A stretch of 31,811 nt of DNA from a virus: the UHGV virus genome UHGV-0116366. One strand, 5' to 3'. A program made the position numbers and the translations under genes. Positions 1-6,647 of this stretch are shown in pieces. Under the pieces are notes generated by a model, which ran no database searches, was not told the DNA's origin, and saw only the letters and a program-made list of their open reading frames with translations. Each line of letters begins with the position of its first letter. The stretch's first letter is position 1.

Positions 1-1
1 C

Positions 2-76
2 TTCGAACGTCTGATGGAAGGCGCTAAACTGCTGAAATGCAGCGAGTTTGGTGACGCGATCATCGAAAACATGTAA
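2..76 (+). CDS. icd: 3' end of isocitrate dehydrogenase gene (partial; window starts inside the gene)
   Basis: Frame beginning at nt 2 translates to FERLMEGAKLLKCSEFGDAIIENM followed by TAA; this matches my recollection of the enterobacterial Icd C-terminus (KCSEFGDAIIENM). icd is a known integration site for lambdoid prophages such as e14 and phage 21. Confidence 0.75.
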   Translation, partial: FERLMEGAKLLKCSEFGDAIIENM

Positions 77-101
77 TCTGCTTTCTTGATTGCAACTGAA
101 A

Positions 102-128
102 CGGGAGCCAATTGGTTCCCGTTTTTAT
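102..128 (+). terminator. rho-independent terminator downstream of icd
   Basis: Hairpin aacgggagcc-aatt-ggttcccgtt followed by a T-run (ttttattatt). Confidence 0.6.
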
Positions 129-145
129 TATTAGCTTTCGAGCGG

Positions 146-165
146 TTATCAAAATATTATCAAAA
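146..165 (+). promoter_or_regulatory. tandem direct repeat TTATCAAAA (x2, 11-bp period) in the promoter region of the 200-1036 gene
   Basis: ggTTATCAAAAtaTTATCAAAAcag read directly; sits between a possible -35 (ttagct) and the start codon. Confidence 0.35.
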
Positions 166-199
166 CAGTTTAACAAAACGAACAAGGATAGCTTAAGTA

Positions 200-1036
200 A
201 TGATTCGTCTTTTAATGCTGATTAGTGCAGTATTTGGGATCGGCTATGGTTACGCGATAACGCATGATGTTTGGCCTTTTGAAGGTATGGATGCGAACCA
301 GCGAGGAGTTTTTGGCGACTCTTGGGGCGCTTTTACCTCAATCTTTTCTGCTATGGGGTTTTGTGGGGTTTTATGGACGATAAAGCTGCAGATGGATGCA
401 ACAAAAAAAATAGAGGATGATTTTAGGAAAAGGGAAGAAGCTGAAAAAATTAGGGATTTTGAGAACTCCTTCTTTAATATGTTGAGTATATTGCAAACAT
501 TAATTAAAGATATGAGGGTTGAAGGCTCTTCCGGGAAGACTTTGGCAGAAGGGCGTCATGTTTTTCTTTATTTTTTCAGACGATTCAAAAAAGAAGTTAG
601 ACAAAAAAATGGAATGTTATTAGATTATGACTCGAGTGATGAATCTGAAATTAAAAAAGCATCATCGAGAATGTCTAATGAATATAGGTTTTATTTCAGG
701 AATAGAGCTCAAAATTTATCTCATTACTTCAGATATATCTATAATATGTTTAAAATAATCCACGAATCTGATTTGTCTAACGTTAACAAGAAAAAATACG
801 CAAACATTTTACGCGCTCAACTTTCTAATTATGAGTTGCTAATGCTGTTTTATAATGCCAATTTCGTTCATGGTCAGAAATTTAAAGTATATATGAGCTT
901 GTATGCGATTCTGGATAATCTGCCAGCAGAGAAGCTTATAAATAAAAAACATGTTGCATTCTATGATAAAGAAGCGTGGGGTGATAATCTTGATGCATTA
1001 CAGTATCACCCCAAGTTTTTTGATTATGCAGATTAA
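200..1036 (+). CDS. AT-rich moron encoding a membrane-anchored protein; possible abortive-infection/exclusion (Abi-like) protein
   Basis: 278-aa ORF with hydrophobic N-terminal segments (LLMLISAVFGIGYGYAI, FTSIFSAMGFCGVLWTI) and a Lys/Asn/Tyr/Phe-rich soluble domain. Codon composition is much more AT-rich than flanking phage genes. It lies between the attachment-site gene (icd) and int, where e14 carries lit. Functional call is from memory of Abi-like families and is not verified. Confidence 0.55.
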   Translation: MIRLLMLISAVFGIGYGYAITHDVWPFEGMDANQRGVFGDSWGAFTSIFSAMGFCGVLWTIKLQMDATKKIEDDFRKREEAEKIRDFENSFFNMLSILQTLIKDMRVEGSSGKTLAEGRHVFLYFFRRFKKEVRQKNGMLLDYDSSDESEIKKASSRMSNEYRFYFRNRAQNLSHYFRYIYNMFKIIHESDLSNVNKKKYANILRAQLSNYELLMLFYNANFVHGQKFKVYMSLYAILDNLPAEKLINKKHVAFYDKEAWGDNLDALQYHPKFFDYAD

Positions 1037-2163
1037 TTATTAATAATTTTTATCCAATCCTTGCCTCTATCATCATGGTATCTGGCTGTTTGCTGGGGAG
1101 ATTTATGCCCCAGCAGTTTTTGAGTATTTACTCCCTGGTCTTCATACAGACGTTCTGCCAGAGAGCGCTGCTCGTGAAAAGTTGCAGGCGTGCCCTCACC
1201 CCATTCAATCTCTGCTTTATCCCGTGCTTTGCTGAAATTCATCGTAATGGTGTTGGACTTCACCTGCGCACCGCGCTCCGCCTGCGACGTTGCCCGAAAG
1301 AAGTGGATCATATACGGGCTGACTGCATAATCCCGACATCTGGCAACAACATCCCGAAGACACCAACCTATAGCATTAAGTCGCAGAGAAAGAGGGATTG
1401 CGATTTTGCTCCCGGTTTTTTCCTGAATGACATGGAGATGATCATCCCAAATATCGCTAAATTTCATTCGCGAGATATCACCTAACCGCTGGCCAGTCAC
1501 CAGTGCTAACAGCATAGCATTCCCCATATACTGATGTTTCTTATCCGCGATATCGAAAATCTTCTGCCACTCGTCGAGGCTAAGTCGTTGTCTGGTAATC
1601 TTGCGCCTGGGCTGTTTAGTAGCAAGGGCAGGGTTGTGACCAGACGGCACTTCACCGTAGTGTTGGGCCTCTTTGAATACATCGATCAGAACTGAGCGAA
1701 CAACTTGCGCCATTCTTGGTTGGCCTGCAGATAGATACTCTTCAAGAATTTGAGCAATATCCCTGACATCAACAGAAGATATGAGCTTCATTCCCGCACG
1801 TTCCTTAAGTAGTGCAACTGGCTTGGCTTTTTGTTTATATGTATTCTCCTTGATATCACCTGAAGCGAATCTTTCCTCTTGAATTTTCCAGTATCGCTCA
1901 AGCCAGGTAATAGTCGTAATTGCTTTACCCTTGCTGGCAGCGATTCGATCGCTAATAGCCAGTACCTGTCTTGAACGCTGCTCAGCAAGTCTTGCGTTTG
2001 CCTCAGTAGCAATTGCTCTAGCCTCAGCTTCATCAGTACCCAGGCTGTGAAATTTCCCAGTCATAGGGTGCTTGTACCGCCAATACACTTTATTGACCTT
2101 ACGACTGTATAGTGGATAGAGGTTAGGTATTGATACATTATTTTTACGTGGTCTCGCAGCCAT
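1033..2163 (-). CDS. int: tyrosine integrase, lambda Int family
   Basis: C-terminus LLGHKSPQQTARYHDDRGKDWIKI closely resembles the lambda Int catalytic-tyrosine region (LLGHKSDTMASQYRDDRGREWDKI). The ORF is open to 2229, but the ATG at 2163 (MAARPRK...) gives a lambda-like ~20-nt overlap with xis. Confidence 0.9.
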   Translation of the reverse strand: MAARPRKNNVSIPNLYPLYSRKVNKVYWRYKHPMTGKFHSLGTDEAEARAIATEANARLAEQRSRQVLAISDRIAASKGKAITTITWLERYWKIQEERFASGDIKENTYKQKAKPVALLKERAGMKLISSVDVRDIAQILEEYLSAGQPRMAQVVRSVLIDVFKEAQHYGEVPSGHNPALATKQPRRKITRQRLSLDEWQKIFDIADKKHQYMGNAMLLALVTGQRLGDISRMKFSDIWDDHLHVIQEKTGSKIAIPLSLRLNAIGWCLRDVVARCRDYAVSPYMIHFFRATSQAERGAQVKSNTITMNFSKARDKAEIEWGEGTPATFHEQRSLAERLYEDQGVNTQKLLGHKSPQQTARYHDDRGKDWIKIINN

Positions 2164-2389
2164 CGCTGAGGATCCTTTGTAATTTTGGTGAATCAGATTT
2201 CTTGATAACCGGCGCAGCAAGTTCTCCAACCAATTCCGCGTCCTCCCTAACTCTCCAGAGCCTACCTTGCTTCATTGCTGGCGGAGAAAAGAGATTTTGC
2301 TTAGCGTAACGGCGCAATGTAGAGACGCTAGGTGGATTACTTCTGTATTTATCGGTTGCCCATTCTTCAAGAGTTAACATCTGAATCAT
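2144..2389 (-). CDS. xis: excisionase (Xis-like DNA-binding protein)
   Basis: 81-aa basic protein immediately upstream of and overlapping int; MIQMLTLEEWA...RYAKQNLFSPPAMKQGRLW resembles lambda Xis (MYLTLQEWNARQ...). GGAG RBS upstream. Confidence 0.7.
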   Translation of the reverse strand: MIQMLTLEEWATDKYRSNPPSVSTLRRYAKQNLFSPPAMKQGRLWRVREDAELVGELAAPVIKKSDSPKLQRILSDGCETT

Positions 2390-2968
2390 GCGTTATTCTC
2401 CATATAACCCAGCTGCACCCGGGTTTTAACATCAACTATTCGTATGGTTCTCCGCTGCCGTGTATACCGCTACTTTCAGCAGATTGAATCAGTTAACTTT
2501 CCCTACGACCCACGGCTTAGAAGTCCGTTGCTCTCTTTAAGCTAACATCGCAACTGGAAGCGCGCTCCGGTAGTTTTGGATTAACGACTGACCATAAAGG
2601 TTAAGGGACAGAACGCGCTTTCATGTTGAGCCCTGAAAAAGGCTGGCGGTTACCGGACAAACGGGAAAACACCGGGCCGCCAGAACAGGGAAGTACTTGT
2701 TATTGCTTTGGCCTGCTTTTAACCACATCAGGCGCGGTGGTAGGTATCTTCGGGCGGGGCGCTGGGGACCAACCAGCTACAACCCCTACGGTATTTACAC
2801 TCCACGCCGTGGGTTAACGGCTCCGTATCGTGGCTGAGTTTCTGTTGCTGGTGGTCAAGCCAGCTTCGCAACCCCTCCCGAAGACACCTGTCAGCGAATC
2901 ATCCGGTCATTCATATGCCACCGGCGGCTACTTCGTGGGCGTCCTGCCTGTTCGCTGTTGATGAATAA

Positions 2969-2997
2969 AATCTAACTTAACTTAGCTTTTAGATCAA
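2969..2997 (-). promoter_or_regulatory. PL-like leftward promoter with overlapping operator
   Basis: On the minus strand: TTGATC - 17 nt - TAGATT. The 14-bp near-palindrome CTAACTTAACTTAG (2973-2986) lies in the spacer and matches the operator consensus found at OR. Confidence 0.45.
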
Positions 2998-3051
2998 GAA
3001 AAAACACCAAACTATTCTTAGCTTGATGTTAAGAGGAAGATTAGAGGTGGG

Positions 3052-3678
3052 TTAAAGCTCGTACTGAACGCCTTTGACAACGCCGATGATCAGGCAATTA
3101 CCGTTAATTGAAATGTTTGGATAGCGTGGATTTAAGGGAACTAAGAACTTTTGAGGCCCATCGATGACAAGTTTTTTTACAGTAGCCTCGTTTGTCCCAT
3201 CAAGCCTGGCTACGACTATCTTTCCATGAAGTGGCTCTGCATCTGGATCTACTATGACTGTTGCCCCTTCAGGGATTGTCGGGAGGCCATTAGGGTTTGT
3301 CATCGAATCACCTTTAACCTCCAATGCAAAGGAGCTATCCCCTATGCGGAGTGATGTCTCTATCCACTTATCTACTTCGCTGAAAACTTCTGCTGCTTTA
3401 CATTCTGTAAACTGTCCAGCCTGAACCCAGGATATCACCGGAATCCTTCGCATCTTGGTTATCAGATTGCCTTCAAATTCAGTGCCATAAAGTATGTAAT
3501 CAATTGATGTGTTGAAATACTTTGCAAGTTTCGCAAGTGACTCGCCTCCTGGCACATTAACGTCTTTTTCCCAATACCCAACCGCCACATCACTAACACC
3601 GCAGAACTTACCCAGTTCTTTCTGCGAGGTTTTGGTTATGCGCCTGAGAGCTTTGATGCGCTGACCGACAGTTTCCAT
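3052..3678 (-). CDS. cI: CI-type phage repressor (N-terminal HTH_XRE, C-terminal S24 LexA-like peptidase)
   Basis: N-terminus QRIKALRRITKTSQKELGKFCGVSDVAVGYWEKDVNVP (HTH). C-terminal domain has GDSM (Ser nucleophile) and VKK (Lys) as in LexA/CI autopeptidases. Divergent from cro. Confidence 0.9.
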   Translation of the reverse strand: METVGQRIKALRRITKTSQKELGKFCGVSDVAVGYWEKDVNVPGGESLAKLAKYFNTSIDYILYGTEFEGNLITKMRRIPVISWVQAGQFTECKAAEVFSEVDKWIETSLRIGDSSFALEVKGDSMTNPNGLPTIPEGATVIVDPDAEPLHGKIVVARLDGTNEATVKKLVIDGPQKFLVPLNPRYPNISINGNCLIIGVVKGVQYEL

Positions 3679-3704
3679 TTGAACACCATAAATAAATTAA
3701 AAGG

Positions 3705-3767
3705 CTAAGCAATCTTAGTTTTTATTGACCAAAGTTAGATTGGTTATTAATATCTAATCAAACTTAG
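3705..3767. promoter_or_regulatory. OR-like operator cluster: CTAAGCAATCTTAG (3705-3718), CCAAAGTTAGATTGG (3729-3743), CTAATCAAACTTAG (3754-3767)
   Basis: Repeated 14-bp CTAAG-N4-CTTAG inverted-repeat sites in the cI-cro intergenic region, overlapping the PR -35/-10 and start site. Confidence 0.5.
3725..3753 (+). promoter_or_regulatory. PR-like rightward promoter for cro (TTGACC - 17 nt - TAATAT)
   Basis: Near-consensus sigma70 hexamers with 17-nt spacing, 28 nt upstream of the cro ATG. AGGAGG RBS at 3771-3776. Confidence 0.55.
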
Positions 3768-3780
3768 CTAAGGAGGCGTT

Positions 3781-4008
3781 ATGACAACCGATGATATTGA
3801 AAACTACTTCGGCAGTACTGAGAAGGTTGCCGAATTTTTTGGAATCACAAGCGAGGCTGTTTACCAGTGGCGTAATAGAACTGGTCGCCTTATCCCAAAA
3901 GGGCGTGCAGCTGAAGCAGCATATCGAACCGGGGGGAAATTGGTTTTTCATCCCGACCTTTACGAAAAGCGTAGCGATGCTTCAGTAAAACTCAAACCAC
4001 AGGAATAA
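3781..4008 (+). CDS. cro: Cro-like repressor
   Basis: 75-aa protein divergent from cI with a strong RBS; FGSTEKVAEFFGITSEAVYQWRN resembles Cro/YdaS-type HTH. Confidence 0.75.
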   Translation: MTTDDIENYFGSTEKVAEFFGITSEAVYQWRNRTGRLIPKGRAAEAAYRTGGKLVFHPDLYEKRSDASVKLKPQE

Positions 4009-4018
4009 GGGGGGAGCT

Positions 4019-4570
4019 GTGGGTAACGAACCTATTTGGAAAGTCGAACGTCAGCCAGCCTGGCTGGTGGCGGCGATAAAAAAAACGATCACCGATCTTC
4101 CTGGTGGTTATGCCGAGGCGGCGGAATGGTTGGGCGTGACAGAGAACGCATTGTTCAACCGCCTTCGTGTTGACGGCGACCAAATCTTCCCGCTGGGCTG
4201 GGCAATGGTTTTACAACGTGCTGGTGGTTCAACTCATATTGCTGATGCCGTTGCGCGCCATTCTCAGGGCGTATTTGTACCGCTGGCAGACGTTGATGAT
4301 CTGGATAACGCCGATATAAACCAGCGCCTGATGGAGTCCATTGAATGGATAGGTCGTCATTCTAATTTTGTACGTAAAGCCACGGCTGATGGGGTAATTG
4401 ACGCAGATGAGCGTGCTCAGATTGAGGAAAACAGCTATCAGGTTATCGCGAAGTTCCAGGAGCACGTAACGCTTCTTTATCGAGTTTTTTGTGTCGCTGA
4501 AAAGAGTGACGCCCGCGAGTGTGCAGCTCCGGGCGCCTTGGCGAACAACTCTTCGAGTATGGAGAAATAA
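4019..4570 (+). CDS. CII-like regulatory protein (phage 186 CP76 type)
   Basis: 183-aa ORF directly after cro, GTG start. Length and position match the e14 ymfL / CP76 family; call is by recollection of the family, not alignment. Confidence 0.55.
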   Translation: MGNEPIWKVERQPAWLVAAIKKTITDLPGGYAEAAEWLGVTENALFNRLRVDGDQIFPLGWAMVLQRAGGSTHIADAVARHSQGVFVPLADVDDLDNADINQRLMESIEWIGRHSNFVRKATADGVIDADERAQIEENSYQVIAKFQEHVTLLYRVFCVAEKSDARECAAPGALANNSSSMEK

Positions 4571-4742
4571 TCCGCATGAGCAGTTTAACGGCTTTTAACC
4601 GTCTACCGCAACTAAGGATGATCCCGGTTTCGGGTACTCCGTTGTTTCGGTATGAACGCAGATTATCAAACCGCTGGGTTCCGTGTAACCACAGTAGGGC
4701 GGTTTCAATTGTGGGGGTCTACAACCGGAGGGCAAAACGCCT

Positions 4743-4922
4743 GTGCGCGAACTTAACCGAAGGTTCAAAGACCACCGCGGAGTGCCAGTCCGTGTTATCC
4801 GCTGGGAGCCAGAAACACAGCGCGTTATCTATCTGCGTGATGGCTACCCACACGAATGCTTCAGCCCACTTGAGCATTTCAGGCAAAAGTTCAGGGAGAT
4901 AACGGACGATCATGAGCACTAA
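4743..4922 (+). CDS. small hypothetical protein (frame uncertain)
   Basis: Frame 0 reads VRELNRRFKDHRGVPVRVIRWEPETQRVIYLRDGYPHECFSPLEHFRQKFREITDDHEH, which is protein-like. GTG start preceded by GGAGG 11 nt upstream. The overlapping 127-aa ORF at 4519-4902 has a Ser/Ala/Arg/Cys-rich composition and looks wrong-frame. Confidence 0.35.
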   Translation: MRELNRRFKDHRGVPVRVIRWEPETQRVIYLRDGYPHECFSPLEHFRQKFREITDDHEH

Positions 4923-5769
4923 ATTAACCGGCTACGTATGGGATGGTTGCGCGGCGTCGGGCATGAAGTTGTCTAGTGTCGCGATCATGGCTCGCCTTGC
5001 TGATTTCAGCAGCGATGAGGGGGTGTGCTGGCCGTCTATTGAAACTATTGCTCGCCAGCTTGGCGCAGGGCCGAGCACTATCAGAACGGCAATCGCTAAG
5101 CTTGAAAAAGATGGCTGGCTCACGCGTACACAGCGCCGTAATGGTAACCGTAATGCGTCGAACGTTTACCGCCTGAATGTGGCGAAACTTCAGGCTGCCG
5201 CATTTTCTCAACTGTCAGATTCTGACACGTCAAAATCTGACGCATCAAAATTTGACACCTCAAAAACTGACCCGTCGAAATCTGGCAAAATCGGCGGTTT
5301 TGACCCGTCAGAATCTGGCGGGGATCCGTCAGTAAAATCAACACAAGATCCACAAGTAACTTCAAAACCCTCTTGTCCGGTTGCGGCGCAACCAGACCCT
5401 GAAGTTGTGATTACCGACCAGGCGATTTTGGTTCTGACCCATTTGAACCAGATCAGCGGATCCCGGTATCAGAAATCCAAAACATCCCTGGAGAATATCC
5501 GCGCCCGACTGCGTGAGGGATACAGCGTTGCAGACCTGCAACTGGTTATCGACCTGAAGCATGAGCACTGGCACGAGAACGACGAGCAATACCAGTACAT
5601 GCGGCCGGAAACGCTTTTTGGTCCGAAGAAATTCGAGAGCTATCTGCAAAGCGCTACCCGCTGGGATCAGAAGGGACGGCCTAAACGCGCTGATTGGGGT
5701 GCGAAAAAGCGCGATGTGATGGCTTTTGGTCCGGTTGATACAACGATTCCTGCGGGGTTCAGAGGATGA
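4912..5769 (+). CDS. phage replication initiator (N-terminal HTH, C-terminal conserved phage replication domain)
   Basis: N-terminal winged-HTH-like region (SIETIARQLGAGPSTIRTAIAKLEKDGWLTR). C-terminal block (LENIRARLREGYSVADLQLVIDLKHEHWHENDEQYQYMRPETLFGPKKFESYLQ) is typical of lambdoid replication-organiser proteins. Iterons lie inside the gene. Confidence 0.8.
   Translation: MSTKLTGYVWDGCAASGMKLSSVAIMARLADFSSDEGVCWPSIETIARQLGAGPSTIRTAIAKLEKDGWLTRTQRRNGNRNASNVYRLNVAKLQAAAFSQLSDSDTSKSDASKFDTSKTDPSKSGKIGGFDPSESGGDPSVKSTQDPQVTSKPSCPVAAQPDPEVVITDQAILVLTHLNQISGSRYQKSKTSLENIRARLREGYSVADLQLVIDLKHEHWHENDEQYQYMRPETLFGPKKFESYLQSATRWDQKGRPKRADWGAKKRDVMAFGPVDTTIPAGFRG
5215..5335. repeat. origin-like iteron array inside the replication gene (about six copies of GTCARAWTCTGAC-like 12-13-mers)
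   Basis: tcagattctgac / gtcaaaatctgac / atcaaaatttgac / ctcaaaaactgac / gtcgaaatctggc / gtcagaatctggc are readable in tandem; they encode the low-complexity SDSDTSKSDASKFDTSKTDPSKSG linker. Confidence 0.6.
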
Positions 5770-6647
5770 CGTTAAACAAATATTGCCAGGCGCTGGCGGC
5801 ATTACGTAGCCAACCAGCCCACGAATTGAAAGAAGTTGGCGATCAGTGGCGGACGCCGGATCTGCTTTTTTGGGGGATCAACGCGCTATTTGGTCCATTA
5901 GTTCTGGACTTGTTTGCAGACGACGACAACGCGAAGTGCCCGGCATGGTACACCGCCGAAGATAACGCGCTGACACAGAACTGGTCTGAACGTCTGGATG
6001 AACTGGGCGGAGCGGCGTTTGCCAACCCTCCATATAGCCGCTCGCAGTATCACGACAGGCAGGCGATCACGGGTATGACACACATCATGAATCACACCAT
6101 GGACATGCGTGAAAGAGGTGGTCGCTATATTTACCTGGTGAAGTCTGCCACAAGTGAAACATGGTGGCCGGAAGATGCCGATCACATCATGTTTATTCGT
6201 GGTCGTATTGGGTTCGATCTGCCTGTGTGGTTTGTACCTGCTGACGAAAAACAGAAACCCACCAGCGCGTTTTTTGCCGGTGCCATAGCTGTATTCGATA
6301 AGTCATGGCGTGGTGAGCGGTTCAGCTATATCAACCGCACTGAGTTGGAGGCAAAAGGTCGGGCATTTATGGCGCTGGCTCAATTCGCTGTTGGTAAAGA
6401 GCAAACAATTGCAACGCTGGCAGCCCAGGAACCAGCAGCACCACCAAAAACTGAGTCACGAATCTGGCCTCTCGAAGTTGGTCTGGTGTTTAACCAAGTG
6501 GAAGGCGCTGATGTATTGAGCGAGGCCCAGCAGAACAAACTGAAAGCCAACATCAATCAACTCTGGCTGGAGCGGACGGCCACCAGCGAAATTATCGCAA
6601 TTGCGCGTGGCCTTGTTGGCAGCATGCAGGGGGTAACCCATGCGTGA
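5766..6647 (+). CDS. DNA N6-adenine methyltransferase (phage Dam-like) with C-terminal extension
   Basis: FANPPYS motif (NPPY catalytic motif of amino-MTases) in the N-terminal ~170 aa; C-terminal ~120 aa of unknown function. Confidence 0.75.
   Translation: MTLNKYCQALAALRSQPAHELKEVGDQWRTPDLLFWGINALFGPLVLDLFADDDNAKCPAWYTAEDNALTQNWSERLDELGGAAFANPPYSRSQYHDRQAITGMTHIMNHTMDMRERGGRYIYLVKSATSETWWPEDADHIMFIRGRIGFDLPVWFVPADEKQKPTSAFFAGAIAVFDKSWRGERFSYINRTELEAKGRAFMALAQFAVGKEQTIATLAAQEPAAPPKTESRIWPLEVGLVFNQVEGADVLSEAQQNKLKANINQLWLERTATSEIIAIARGLVGSMQGVTHA

Noticed and set aside
1075-1485. 136-aa plus-strand ORF
   Set aside because: Lies entirely antisense within the integrase gene; no RBS; Cys/Arg-rich composition typical of wrong-strand translation.
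2623-2817. 64-aa plus-strand ORF in the PL leader region
   Set aside because: No RBS, Gly/Pro/Thr-rich odd composition, and opposite to the inferred transcription direction from PL; treated as part of the non-coding leader.
4519-4902. 127-aa ORF from the six-frame track
   Set aside because: Ser/Ala/Arg/Cys-rich composition; the alternative overlapping frame (4743-4922) is far more protein-like. Kept only as an alternative in findings.
6210-6222. tRNA T-loop-like motif GGTTCGATCT
   Set aside because: Embedded in the Dam methyltransferase coding sequence (encodes IGFDLP) with no acceptor or anticodon stem context; not a tRNA.
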